Origin: Verrucomicrobiia bacterium
GTDB taxonomy: Bacteria; Verrucomicrobiota; Verrucomicrobiia; Palsa-1439
DNA length: 64,000 nucleotides
Assembly (NCBI GenBank): GCA_052146795.1
Contig: JBKQMH010000175.1
Coordinates: forward strand, 885 to 64,884
Direction: 5' to 3'
Under the pieces are notes generated by a model. The model was not told where the DNA came from. It was given only the letters and a program-made list of their open reading frames with translations, and ran no database searches. Both the position numbers and the translations under genes were made by a program. Below, in pieces: positions 41,290 to 51,312 of the stretch. Position 1 is the first letter of the stretch. Each line of letters starts with the position of its first letter.

Positions 41290-42147
41290 TCAGGCGGGCT
41301 TGTCACCCTTGATGATCGGTGCGTTGACCAGATTGCCCCACTCGGTCCACGACCCATCGTAATTTTTCACGCTCGGATAGCCGAGCAGATACTTCAGCAC
41401 AAACCACGTGTGTGCCGACCGTTCGCCGATGCGGCAGTAGGCAATGGTATCGTCGTACGGGGTGACCCCACGGCCGCGGTACAATTCCAACAACGCGTCA
41501 TGGTCTTTGAATGTGCCGTCCTCGTTGACCGCCTGCGCCCACGGGACGTTCAACGCCGTGGGTATGTGGCCGCCGCGTTGAGCGGTTTCGGTCATTCCCG
41601 GCGGGGCAATCACCTTGCCGGTGTATTCGTCCGGCGAACGCACATCCACGAGATTGAACTTGCTCTCCTTGATCGCCTGCGTCACATCGTCGCGAAATGC
41701 GCGCACCGATGTGTCCGCCGGGTGGGTGCGGTAGCTGGACGCCGGGTACTGGGGCGCGTCTTTGGTGATCGCGCGGTTCTCGGCGAGCCATTTCTTGCGT
41801 CCGCCGTTCATAATGCGGGCGTCGCGGTGGCCGTACAGCTTGAGTTGCCAAAACGCGTAGCACGCGAACCAGTTGTTATTGTCACCGTACAGGACGACGG
41901 TTGTCCCCGGGTCGATGCCGGACTCGCTCATCAACTTCTCGAATGCTTCTTCGGTAAGCACGTCGCGGCGGATGTTGTCACAGAGCTGGCTCTGCCAGTT
42001 CCAGGCGATGGCGCTGGCGATGTGCCCCTGCTCGTAGGCCGACGTGTCAACGTCCACCTCGACGAGACGCAGATTGGCGTCGTTCTTGTGTTGTTCAACC
42101 CAATCGGTTGAAACGAGAACATCGGGATGTGAATACGGCTTCGTCAT
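41290..42147 (-). CDS. sseA: Thiosulfate/3-mercaptopyruvate sulfurtransferase (tandem rhodanese)
   Basis: Start MTKPYSHPDVLVSTDW. Two rhodanese domains. Active site CRIGERS. Confidence 0.85.
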   Translation of the reverse strand: MTKPYSHPDVLVSTDWVEQHKNDANLRLVEVDVDTSAYEQGHIASAIAWNWQSQLCDNIRRDVLTEEAFEKLMSESGIDPGTTVVLYGDNNNWFACYAFWQLKLYGHRDARIMNGGRKKWLAENRAITKDAPQYPASSYRTHPADTSVRAFRDDVTQAIKESKFNLVDVRSPDEYTGKVIAPPGMTETAQRGGHIPTALNVPWAQAVNEDGTFKDHDALLELYRGRGVTPYDDTIAYCRIGERSAHTWFVLKYLLGYPSVKNYDGSWTEWGNLVNAPIIKGDKPA

Positions 42148-42278
42148 GGAAGGTCCCTTTTCATTTTGTGCTTTCAAACCAGTTGTGGAATGTGCCGCCC
42201 GCCAACACCAGCGTGATTATACCACGAAGATGCGGTGGGGCAATCATGCTTTCGACGGCGCGGAGGCCATATGAGGAA

Positions 42279-42354
42279 TGGTGGAGATGAGGGGATTTGA
42301 ACCCCTGACCTCCTCGTTGCGAACGAGGCGCTCTCCCAACTGAGCTACATCCCC
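42279..42354 (-). tRNA. tRNA-Ala (anticodon CGC), CCA encoded
   Basis: Manually folded: GGGGATG acceptor with G3:U70 Ala identity pair, D-arm GCTC/GAGC, anticodon stem CCTCG/CGAGG, loop TTCGCAA (anticodon CGC), T-arm AGGGG-TTCAAAT-CCCCT, discriminator A, CCA. Confidence 0.85.
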
Positions 42355-43002
42355 AACATTGCGCTTACAACACTATGGCAAATGCTTCACTTTCCCCAAC
42401 AAATCCAGCAGTCGAGGGCAGGTAGTGCGGTGCGATTGTGACCGAAGCTCCGCTATCATCACCGACCGGACCGAGTAACACATGGCATTCGCGATATTTG
42501 ATAATAACAACTGGTGCGTAGACTTTACCGGACCCGACGACCGTCGTCAACGACGGATCGTCGGTGACAGTTCCAACAAGGAGGCTGCTGAAGACCAGTC
42601 TCTTTGAGATCGTCCCCCGTTCAGCGGTGGCCTTTGTTTGGCCACCCAGGCTCAACGGAAGTACAGGTTCTCGATGATCAGTAGAGCCAGCGCAAATCCC
42701 AATCCCCAGATGGAAACACAGAACAACAACCACAGTAGTCGCGTCAGTGGGCGATCTCCCGTCAGAAACGCGTGTTGGACGCTACGCACCTTCATCCCAG
42801 ACCTCTGAGGAAACGTAGTCCCTCGCTGGCGGAAGTCAACTCGCTGTTGTCGGAGAGGGTGGCATTAACGGTAGCATTCCTCGAACTATTTGCCTTTTCG
42901 GAATCAAGGCTTAGGTTATCTGGGGCCGAAAACAAGCCCCTCAGCGTGGCGGTAAGGCGAGATCGAGAACGCATTCGAACCACCGCTGGAGGAAAGGCCA
43001 AC

Positions 43003-43311
43003 ATGGTAGTCATCAACAGCATTGGGCAACTGGCATTCCACCAGTTGCTGCCAGCGAACGCAGTCCCTGAGATGGCTGCCGGCGAAGGGGTCGAATGGTT
43101 TGCTGACGTGGCGGACACGATCATCGGCAATATCGGATTTGACGCGAAGAACAAGGGTTGGAACTACGTCATACTGACACGTGATGCGGGGGGAGAGTTC
43201 CGAATTTCCGAGCGGCATGGAAATTTCCCCACCCGCCACGGGGCACGGATCACATTATTGCGCCGGATGGTGGAGGCCGAGGCGGCAGAAGCGCGGCGGC
43301 TTGCGGCATAG
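43003..43311 (+). CDS. Hypothetical small protein, paralog A
   Basis: About 102 aa. VEWFADVADTIIGNIGFDAKNKGWNYVILTRDAGGEFRISERHG aligns with IEWFANKAETTIGTLAKGKVTTGWDYAVLEREQTGNFRVRKLGG of 45177..45605. Confidence 0.45.
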   Translation: MVVINSIGQLAFHQLLPANAVPEMAAGEGVEWFADVADTIIGNIGFDAKNKGWNYVILTRDAGGEFRISERHGNFPTRHGARITLLRRMVEAEAAEARRLAA

Positions 43312-43349
43312 GGCGGGCGGGACAGGCGGTTGTGGCATCGACATTTTTC

Positions 43350-43496
43350 ATGGGAGTTGGGGCCGTCGGAGCTGCTCTGGCAAGAGTGGTAATTTCTCTG
43401 ATTACCGGGCTGGTCCGTTTCGTAATCGGTTTGGCACGGACAATTGTGGCGATGGCGTGGGTCTTGTTGAGGGCCATTTTCGGCAGGCGGGATTAG
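43350..43496 (+). CDS. Possible 48-aa single-TM micro-protein
   Basis: ATG at 43350. MGVGAVGAALARVVISLITGLVRFVIGLARTIVAMAWVLLRAIFGRRD. Below the ORF-track size cut-off. Immediately follows paralog A. Confidence 0.25.
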   Translation: MGVGAVGAALARVVISLITGLVRFVIGLARTIVAMAWVLLRAIFGRRD

Positions 43497-43638
43497 CGAA
43501 ATCTTTTGGCAACACGGTTGGCGGCGTAACAGACGGACCCGTTGAAAGCGCTGCGAAGTTGTACGAGGCGCGTTCCAAACCGGTTGAGCTATGCACTCGC
43601 GCCAACAAATTGCCGACCTCCACTATCCGGTGCGCGCC

Positions 43639-44187
43639 TCATTTCGCATCATCGGCTTTCTGAATAGGGAATCCTTTGTCGATCCAATCCTGCCGCAGAT
43701 TTTTGGGGAGGTACAGAACTCTGACGTTCTTGAACCCTAACTCTTTCATGGTGCGAACCGCGGGGCGGATATTGGGACACTCCTTCCAGGGACAACAACC
43801 ACAGTAGAGAACGATTTGCTCATCCCGCGGGAGACCCTCCGCCGCCTGCGTCAACTTTTGGAGGCCGTCAGGTTTGGAGGCCGGACCTGCGAATTTTGAC
43901 CCCGCGATGTGACCGCCGTGGTAAAGAAGCGGATATCCTACGTAAAGCACCAGCGGCTTTTCACCCACAGCTTCCGACTGGGTCTTTACGAGTTCTTCGG
44001 GGTTCATCAGCTGGTTGGTTTGCCACGGGTCCGATGGCAAGGTGGAAAGCTGCTCAGATTGGTTGGACTTGGAAGTTGTAGACACCGCCGGCTGCTCAGA
44101 GAACGCCGGCGTCTGCCAAACAGAAAAGACCGCGCTGCCCAACGCAGCAACTGTAACAATCACCGTAATCGCTCGTTTGGTCATCAT
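43639..44187 (-). CDS. Periplasmic rhodanese-domain protein
   Basis: Start MMTKRAITVIVTVAALGSAVF (signal peptide). C-terminal rhodanese with Cys-rich active-site loop (LYCGCCPWKECP). ORF-track 5' extension spurious. Confidence 0.65.
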   Translation of the reverse strand: MMTKRAITVIVTVAALGSAVFSVWQTPAFSEQPAVSTTSKSNQSEQLSTLPSDPWQTNQLMNPEELVKTQSEAVGEKPLVLYVGYPLLYHGGHIAGSKFAGPASKPDGLQKLTQAAEGLPRDEQIVLYCGCCPWKECPNIRPAVRTMKELGFKNVRVLYLPKNLRQDWIDKGFPIQKADDAK

Positions 44188-44484
44188 TTTCCCCCTTTTC
44201 GGAATTGACGCATTCCCCTCAGTAGTTTTGACGAATATCGAACGAGGTAGGTGAGCATGTTCGATTGCATGATGGCTTCGATGTATTTCCTCGTTGCCAG
44301 ATACTACTCCCCACGATTCTCGCGGCAAGGAGGAATGCATGAAACAAACCTCAAAACCGACTGCCGTACAGCCACCAATTTTGGCACACGATATGCAATG
44401 TTGGTCAAGCATGGCACGCGCCTCTCAGACATTTGTCGAAGGGAACAGCAACGAGCAATAGACCAGCACGGGGCATGAGCGATT

Positions 44485-45003
44485 ATGGCAATCGAAGAAA
44501 TTCCTCACAACGACTCTGACTTGTCTCAGCCCAATCATTCCACAACCGGCGGGCCTGCCAAGGTCGGGCAAGATGCCATCCTCTTCATCGACGATGACAC
44601 GGAAGTCTTGAACAGCGTCCGCAGGTTGTTGAGACGCGAAGGCTGGGTGGTGCTGACCGCCTCCGACCCGCTTGAAGGCCTCGTGTTGTATGAGGCCCAT
44701 TGGCGGGAAATCCAACTGGTGTTGTTGGACTATTTCATGCCCATCCTCCGCGGCGACGAAGTCTTTGAACGCCTGCGACGCATCAATCCGCACGTTCGCG
44801 TCGCGTTAACAACTGCCTGTGACGACGATGTTCCACAAAAGATGCTCCAGGGTGGACTTTGTGGTTTCCTCCAGAAACCACTCACGCCACGAGCCCTCAT
44901 TGGCGGGATTCGCAAATCCCTGAATCACCATGACCCGACGGGGCCCCACGCACCTGGCCGAGACGGCTCAAATCGATCAGACCAGTTGAACCCACGTTGT
45001 TAG
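44485..45003 (+). CDS. Single-domain response regulator (REC/CheY-like)
   Basis: Phospho-acceptor fold: ILFIDDD...LVLLDYFMP...T.T..K. Confidence 0.75.
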   Translation: MAIEEIPHNDSDLSQPNHSTTGGPAKVGQDAILFIDDDTEVLNSVRRLLRREGWVVLTASDPLEGLVLYEAHWREIQLVLLDYFMPILRGDEVFERLRRINPHVRVALTTACDDDVPQKMLQGGLCGFLQKPLTPRALIGGIRKSLNHHDPTGPHAPGRDGSNRSDQLNPRC

Positions 45004-45176
45004 GCCGGTACGCTTTCCCAGTAGCCTCCCCTGCTTCTCGTTGACGCTTGACTGGGCCGTTTTCCTATCACGTCGGCTCCGTTTCGCCCCAGCGGAGCTG
45101 CCGTCTTGGCGGGTGGATTCTGGCAGCGGAGTTGCGGCCGGAAAATGGCAAACTCCATGCTTCTTGCGGTCGTATT

Positions 45177-45605
45177 ATGAGCAGCGCTCGTAACACGCAA
45201 AACGGCTTCACCCTGGTTACGGCACAGCAAGCCAGCAAGAATCAACCTCAACCGTCGCTGGTGGGAGCGGCATCTGTGTCATTTGAAAGCATACGCAAGG
45301 AGAAGTTCGACCAGTTTCGACCGCCCCCTCTTGGATTGGAGAGTTTGATGGCGTGGCAGATTGAATGGTTCGCCAACAAGGCGGAAACGACCATCGGCAC
45401 CCTCGCAAAAGGGAAGGTGACCACGGGTTGGGATTACGCCGTCTTGGAGCGGGAGCAGACGGGCAACTTCCGGGTCCGCAAACTGGGCGGGGACGCGTTC
45501 AGTATCGATGATGCACGGGCGGACCTCCTCCTTGAAATGGCGGCGGTAGAGAGAAATAAAAGCGGCCTGTCGCGTGTTCAAAAGCTCTCAGGTGAGACGG
45601 CCTAG
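45177..45605 (+). CDS. Hypothetical small protein, paralog B
   Basis: See paralog A. Start could be the later Met (MAWQIEWF). Confidence 0.45.
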   Translation: MSSARNTQNGFTLVTAQQASKNQPQPSLVGAASVSFESIRKEKFDQFRPPPLGLESLMAWQIEWFANKAETTIGTLAKGKVTTGWDYAVLEREQTGNFRVRKLGGDAFSIDDARADLLLEMAAVERNKSGLSRVQKLSGETA

Positions 45606-45894
45606 CTAAATCGCATGAATCAAAGCTTACCGTTGAAGGCGCAAACTCGGCTCGGAACGCAGCGCCTGGCGCAGAAGAAGTTTCCGTCTTGGGATCGAGG
45701 CGTAAGCTAGTACAGCCCGTCGAAGTGTTGCACAGAATTGTCCCCGCGGTCGCCAAAATTGTATCTCCAGCCAGGTTCCACGGTTGGAACGCCCTCAGCC
45801 ATGGATGGGGACACATCCGGGACAGGCGCTTGAAGATGGCCGCTTTAATACAGACGCAGTTTTGAGTAGTCTGATTCACAACCAGAGGTTCCCG

Positions 45895-46887
45895 ATGCCC
45901 AAGCAATGGACTGCCGATGAGATTCTCGACCTCGCCCGAGGTTTTCAACCGGCCTGCGTGTTGGCCGCCGCCGCCGATCTCGATCTCTTTGATGCCGTCG
46001 GCACTGACTCTTTGACCGCTGATGCCATCGCCGCTCGCCTGCACTGTAACAAACGCGGCATCACAATCCTGCTGGATGCCTTGGTCGCTTTGCAGATGTT
46101 GAACAAGCGGTCCACCCGCTACTCGGCGCCTGCCAGCATCGCCAAACTCCTAGCCCAGGACGAATCGGACAGCGTTCTGGCCATGGCGCAGCATCAGGCG
46201 AATTGTCTGCGTCGCTGGGATCAGTTGGCGAAAGTCATCAAGACGGGAAAGCCAGCACAACGCATTCCCAGCATTCGCGGCAAACAGGAGGATACGGCTT
46301 CCTTCATCGGGGCCATGCACGCCATCAGTGCGCGAGTCGCTGCCAAGGTGGTGCGGGACATTCAGCCTTTGCCTTTTCACCGCCTGCTCGATGTCGGCAG
46401 GGCTTCGGGGACTTGGACCATTGCCTTCCTGCATGCCAACCGTTCGGGCAACGCGACCATCTTCGACCTGCCGCCGGTGATCCATTTGGCAGAAAAGCGA
46501 CTGACGGAGGTGGGATTGCGGCACCGCGTCAACTTGGTCACCGGAAACTTCTACACCGACCAGTTACCGAAGGGCTGTGATCTCGCTTGGGTCAGCGCCA
46601 TCGTCCATCAGAATTCCCGGCACCAGAATCGGATGTTATTCCGAAAGGTGCATCGGGCTTTGGACCACGGTGGGCGAATTGCGATTCGGGATGTCCTGAT
46701 GGAAGAGTCTCGCACGGCTCCGATCTCGGGGGCGCTATTCGCAGTCAACATGCTGGTGGGAACGGAGGGCGGAGGGACGCTTACCTTCGAGGAATTGCGG
46801 GACGACCTGAAAGCGGCAGGCTTCGACGGGGCCAGGGTGGTGCGGCATGACGAGGGGATGAACTCGGTCATTGTTGCCAGAACGTGA
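45895..46887 (+). CDS. SAM-dependent O-methyltransferase (plant/bacterial OMT class, with N-terminal dimerisation domain)
   Basis: Start MPKQWTADEILDLARGFQ. Motif LLDVGRASG. Overall OMT architecture. Confidence 0.75.
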   Translation: MPKQWTADEILDLARGFQPACVLAAAADLDLFDAVGTDSLTADAIAARLHCNKRGITILLDALVALQMLNKRSTRYSAPASIAKLLAQDESDSVLAMAQHQANCLRRWDQLAKVIKTGKPAQRIPSIRGKQEDTASFIGAMHAISARVAAKVVRDIQPLPFHRLLDVGRASGTWTIAFLHANRSGNATIFDLPPVIHLAEKRLTEVGLRHRVNLVTGNFYTDQLPKGCDLAWVSAIVHQNSRHQNRMLFRKVHRALDHGGRIAIRDVLMEESRTAPISGALFAVNMLVGTEGGGTLTFEELRDDLKAAGFDGARVVRHDEGMNSVIVART

Positions 46888-46936
46888 TCATAGCGGCCGA
46901 CTACCGATTCACAGCCTTCATCGTCAAGAGGAACCG

Positions 46937-48460
46937 CTAGTGCCTTGGAAGTGAATGCCGGCCTGCATCACCGGCCGCGTCAACGAAAAGCCGCAACACC
47001 CGGTCGATCCCCGCTGGGATCTCGTCACGCCGATGCGTGACGTAGATGACCGTTGTGTGCCGCAGCAACGCCTCGACCGTTCGGATGAACCGCGCCCGGT
47101 GCGCTGCGTCGAGCCCTTGGCACGGCTCGTCGAGTACGAGCAGGTTAGGCGCCTTCACCACCGCCCGCGCCAGCAACGTCATCCGTTGCAATCCCGCCGA
47201 CAAAGACCCGAACGACCGCTCGGCACAGCCCGCCAACATGAAACTCGCGAGCCACCGTCTCGCGATCTTGCGTTGCCGTCCCGTTGGTCGACGGTAACAG
47301 CCGGTCGCATCGTCGAAACCGGAGAGCACGACTTCGAGGCACGTCTGCGCTTCCGGAAAATGCAGATGCAACTCAGGCGATACCCAGCCAATCCGCCGCT
47401 TCAACGCCCACACGCTTCCCCCATCGCCGCGCCGCCGCCCGAAAACGCGCACGTCATTGGCGTAGGCCTGCGGGTTGTCGCCGATGATCAAACTCAGTAA
47501 GGTGCTCTTGCCCGACCCGTTCGGCCCGAGCAACGCCCAGCTCTCGCCGCGACGGACAACCCAATTGATGTTCTCCAAGATCGTCCGTGCACCGTACCGC
47601 ACGGTCACGTCGGTCAGGCGGACCAGCTCTGGTGCTGCTCGCCCAACCGTTTTGCCTGTGGTCGTTCTCAGACAGGGTAACGCCCGCACGCGAGACGCAT
47701 GCGCTACCGTCAACGATTCGCGTCCGCGCCGCTTTGTGAACCGACCTTGTTCCACGACCCGGCATTGGCCGACGCGCAACAAATGCGTAATGCCGCGAGG
47801 CAATTCGTCGAGGTGTGTCGCGATCAACAGCAGATGCACCGCCCCGTGCCTCATCAACTTCTCCAAAATCTCCTTCAAGTGCTTACGGAACCGCACATCG
47901 AGCCCGGTAAATGGATCATCGAGGATCAACAATTGCGGTTGCTGCAACAGCGCCCGGGCCAGCAATACCTTTCGCATTTCACCATTCGACAGCGATGGCA
48001 GTGGTTGCACGAGCAACGGCGCAATGCCGAGGAGCCGGACGACGCGCCGTTGGTGGTGCGTGAACGTACGCGCCGCCGCCTGTGAGCGCATCACGATCTC
48101 GAACGGGTTGATATCCTCGACACTGTCCTGTGACAGGAACTGATGCACCGGTGGTGCTGCGTCTTCTTCGAGGCTGAACCACCGGGCCGCTGCTGGCGTG
48201 TTACCGGCAATAAATTTCTGTTGTTCGAACGACACGTGCGCTACCGCACCGGCGGGCACGTGGAATTCACCACGGACGACCGGTACCGCGCCGGTCAAAG
48301 CGCTCGCGAACAGCGTCTTGCCTGACCCATTGGGCCCCACCAGCGCCCACTGCTCGCCGCGCCGGAAAATCCAGTTGGTGTTGCGAAACAACAACCTTTC
48401 GCCAACCCGCAGGCTGGCACCGGCTAGTTCAACGAGCGGTGGTGAAACAGTTTTGGCCAT
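46937..48460 (-). CDS. ABC transporter ATP-binding protein with duplicated ATPase domains (ModF-like)
   Basis: 507 aa. Two Walker A sites (GPNGSGKT..., GPNGSGKST) and two ABC signature/Walker B sets. No TM domain. Confidence 0.85.
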   Translation of the reverse strand: MAKTVSPPLVELAGASLRVGERLLFRNTNWIFRRGEQWALVGPNGSGKTLFASALTGAVPVVRGEFHVPAGAVAHVSFEQQKFIAGNTPAAARWFSLEEDAAPPVHQFLSQDSVEDINPFEIVMRSQAAARTFTHHQRRVVRLLGIAPLLVQPLPSLSNGEMRKVLLARALLQQPQLLILDDPFTGLDVRFRKHLKEILEKLMRHGAVHLLLIATHLDELPRGITHLLRVGQCRVVEQGRFTKRRGRESLTVAHASRVRALPCLRTTTGKTVGRAAPELVRLTDVTVRYGARTILENINWVVRRGESWALLGPNGSGKSTLLSLIIGDNPQAYANDVRVFGRRRGDGGSVWALKRRIGWVSPELHLHFPEAQTCLEVVLSGFDDATGCYRRPTGRQRKIARRWLASFMLAGCAERSFGSLSAGLQRMTLLARAVVKAPNLLVLDEPCQGLDAAHRARFIRTVEALLRHTTVIYVTHRRDEIPAGIDRVLRLFVDAAGDAGRHSLPRH

Positions 48461-49149
48461 CGCGCTGCATCATGCCACACAGCTTGGTTTGGCGCAAAAG
48501 TAGTCTGGATGTTTGTGCCGGATCAGACCCCCTTGTACGGTTGCATAACTCATCCGTATCTGTGACACACTGAATTACCAAATGATGCATGGTACTCAGC
48601 AGAAACCCGAGTTCGTCATTTGAAGACTGCCTTCTATGTGGCGGGCATCACAACCGGGGAAGAGCGTCTGACAAACCCGTCTTTGGCCGCCAGATGAGCG
48701 GCAAAACCCTGAACAATCAATCGTTACCAGCGTTTTGGGCTACTTTGAAATTTGAATTCCAAATCGGAGCCATCGGTGGCAGTCTGCGCGCATGGCCCCA
48801 ACAGTTATAACCACTGGAGAGGCCGTAACTGTTCCCGGCATTTATCGTTCATCTGGCTGCGATCATCCAGTTGAACGCGCACTTCTGAAGGGGCACTACG
48901 CGCCGCCTTGTGATCATTGCCGATCGGAAGTCACCTGGACTCTCCTGCGAGAGACTCACACAACGTAGTCGCCAACTCAACCGCCCCGGTTGGCGAACCG
49001 ATGGAAAGTTCTGATGCCCTGGTTGCCGTGGTTCCGCAGTCAACGACAGTCGAGTAAGCCCTGCATTTTAGATGGGCGACACGTGCAGAGAAAAGGGGCC
49101 GTTTAACAGCCTTTTCTGGGGCTGCCGATGTCCACACTATTTGCACTCC

Positions 49150-50070
49150 CTAATAATATCGGCTCGATGGTAGCTTAACGGCGCCCCGTGTCTCGGGAAT
49201 GACGGCCAGTTTTCCATCGAGCAACTTCACCGGGCCTGTGATCGTGAGGGCCTGGCCCGGCTGTAGTTTGTCAGCCGGCAGCCCCGCCAACACAGTCTGA
49301 CCCAGCAAGATCTGGATCTCACCGGTTGCGTCCCGAAGGCTGAACCGACGGCCTTTGTCGGTGCTGCCGCTTCCTGAAATGGTGCCGGAAATGACCACCA
49401 CGCGACCTACCCAATCCTCCTTGATTTTCCCGATGCCGGTTGCCACGGGCGCGGGTGGGGAGCTGGTTGTCAAAGCGGCGTTGGTAGATCGAGCGGACGG
49501 AGAAGCACCGGCAACCGGGATGTTTGTCGGAGCCGCGTTGGTAGATGGAGCGGGCGGAGAAGCACCGGCAGCCGGGGTGTTTGTCGAAGCCGCGGGTATG
49601 GGGGCTGTGCCCACCACCCGGATCGCATCGTTGCTGGAAATGCGCAGTTGTATATTATGGCGATAGGTGGACACCTTGACCTCGGCGTTGATGATATTGC
49701 CGAGTTTCACCTTCGAGGAAAGTTGCGTTTCCATGTCCGACCAATACACCAGTGGGACTGTCGCATTGCTTTCCGTGAGGGTGACGATGTAGGGCGAACG
49801 CGGGCCGGTCGGTTCCCGGATGTTCGTGATGAGAGCTTGCACCGTGATCAGTTGGTTGGTCAATGACAGGTCAATGCTGGGAATCGGCGTGAGAGGTGCG
49901 TCCTCCGCCAGGGCGGACGCCAAGCCCACCAAATTCGTGCAGACGATCGTGACAAAAATGCGCAAAAGCCTGCGCAGGCGCCTGTTTTCCGCAGAAGCGA
50001 TCCCGGTTCCTAACCGGGGACAATCGGGCTTTGGCATCGGCATTTCCTCTCCTTCTCCAAACATGTGCAA
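49150..50070 (-). CDS. Secreted protein with two OB-fold-like halves joined by a Pro/Ala/Thr/Asn-rich repetitive linker
   Basis: 306 aa. Signal-like hydrophobic segment. Internal 19-aa tandem repeat. Start among the N-terminal Met codons uncertain. Confidence 0.5.
   Translation of the reverse strand: MHMFGEGEEMPMPKPDCPRLGTGIASAENRRLRRLLRIFVTIVCTNLVGLASALAEDAPLTPIPSIDLSLTNQLITVQALITNIREPTGPRSPYIVTLTESNATVPLVYWSDMETQLSSKVKLGNIINAEVKVSTYRHNIQLRISSNDAIRVVGTAPIPAASTNTPAAGASPPAPSTNAAPTNIPVAGASPSARSTNAALTTSSPPAPVATGIGKIKEDWVGRVVVISGTISGSGSTDKGRRFSLRDATGEIQILLGQTVLAGLPADKLQPGQALTITGPVKLLDGKLAVIPETRGAVKLPSSRYY
49440..49570. repeat. Tandem about 57-bp repeat (2 copies) inside OB-fold protein gene
   Basis: gcgttggtagatNgagcgg(a/g)cggagaagcaccggca(a/g)ccggg(a/g)tgtttgtcg(g/a)agcc repeated head-to-tail. 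Confidence 0.7.
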
Positions 50071-50169
50071 AAGGCGCTTCTCTACGAGCGGGATGGATTC
50101 TTTCAGTTTGTGGCAGGCGGATCAAGAAAAAACTTGCCGCCTTGGCCCATTGGCTGCCGTGGCAGCCGT

Positions 50170-50851
50170 CTAGTTGCTGGCCGAAGGAGTCGGGGTGTCT
50201 TCAACCACGATTTGCGCGGGGTCGCTGACCGCGATCTGCGCCTTGCCGCGGTAGTCCATCGTGATGACACCGGTGACACAAACCCATTTCCCCCAGAACG
50301 CCGTTTCGGGAGCGACTTTGAACTTGGCACGCCTCGCCTCGGCAATCACGACGGAGCAACTCTGGTGGGGGTAGGGACGGTCGAAGTTCAAATACGTGGG
50401 ATTCCCCGCCGCGCCTACCGCGTATTTCGTGCTGGCGATCAACCCACAGACGGTATTGGTCTCCCCGCGAATGGCGTGGGCATCGGCGTAATGGTCGGCG
50501 TTTGCGAGCAGATTGAACGCCACCGAGAAGCCCAAAAGTGCACCCCAACCACAGCGCGCTGCACGCCGCCGGCATCGGCCACACCTGCCGCCGTTCACGC
50601 CACGCTTGGGCCACCGGCACCAGCAGGGCGACCGCGCCGAACAACAAGTTTGGTCGTGCCCCCACTGCCAGCCCGTACGCCGCACTCGCCGCGGCCAGCC
50701 ACCGCCACCTCCGCTCCGGCTCGTGTAACGCGCACCAAATGCCTCCCAGTGCCAACACCGTTAGCATGTACCCGCAACTGTGCGCCACTTGGTAAAAACC
50801 CGCTTGCGACAACTGTGCCAGCGCGCCTGTCGCCAAGCCGAGCGCCGACAA
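50170..50851 (-). pseudogene. Possible frameshifted gene: membrane-helix N-terminal part (frame A) + OB-fold-like C-terminal part (frame B)
   Basis: Frame A (50851 down) reads plausible TM helices for about 105 aa then junk. Frame B (ending 50170) is junk then plausible soluble domain from about 50541. The frames switch near 50530-50545. Very high GC, so weak. Confidence 0.3.
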
Positions 50852-51312
50852 CCCACCCTCTCAGCAGAGGTTGCCCATTTGCTTCTCCACTTCCGCAAGC
50901 ACGGGCCAGGTGCCGATGCGGAGTTGACCCGTTTGCTCGATACCCCACGCATGCTGCCCCAAAAAACCCTGCCTGAGTCAAGCTGATCGAGCCAGACCTG
51001 CGGACCATGGCACGTACCCTGCTTAACATACCGTCCATGAAACGCAATGCGCAGAAGGGTAACCGCAAAAACCCCCCAACGCTGGCGGATTTGATCGCCA
51101 CCGTAAACCAACTCACGCGTGACGAACAGCTTGGCGCATACATAGTTGCCGACCTGATTAATTCACGTAAAGTCCGTCTGGAAGGCCAGTTCCAGGGACA
51201 TAACGTGATTGTTTCGGACTAGTCGTAACCGCTGGGTTGGAGGCCGGCGGGGTCTTACCCTTGCAAAAAAGTCCTGCCCTTTTGCGCTCATTTTTGCCAC
51301 ACTCGCGCAAAA

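Noticed and set aside
42279-42354. tRNA-Ala as integration site of the conjugative module
   Set aside because: The relaxase/excisionase module is 36 kb away with core genes (ppdK, ispG, dxr, purA, gltA) in between. No tRNA 3'-end repeat was seen near 6.4-6.9 kb.
42365-42733. 122-aa minus-strand ORF adjacent to tRNA-Ala
   Set aside because: Gly/Val/Thr-rich with no start context or motif. Region more likely non-coding promoter/leader between tRNA and paralog A.
48900-49060. Possible tmRNA/RNase P RNA in long intergenic region
   Set aside because: No tRNA-like 3' end (GGTTCGA.TCC...CCA), no tag-peptide reading frame ending ..ALAA, and no RNase P P4 consensus. Only vague resemblance (ggaaagttc).
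50065-50976. 303-aa plus-strand ORF and other overlapping ORFs 50500-51150
   Set aside because: P/A/R/T-rich junk antisense to the more plausible minus-strand (frameshifted) gene. Very high local GC generates open frames on both strands.
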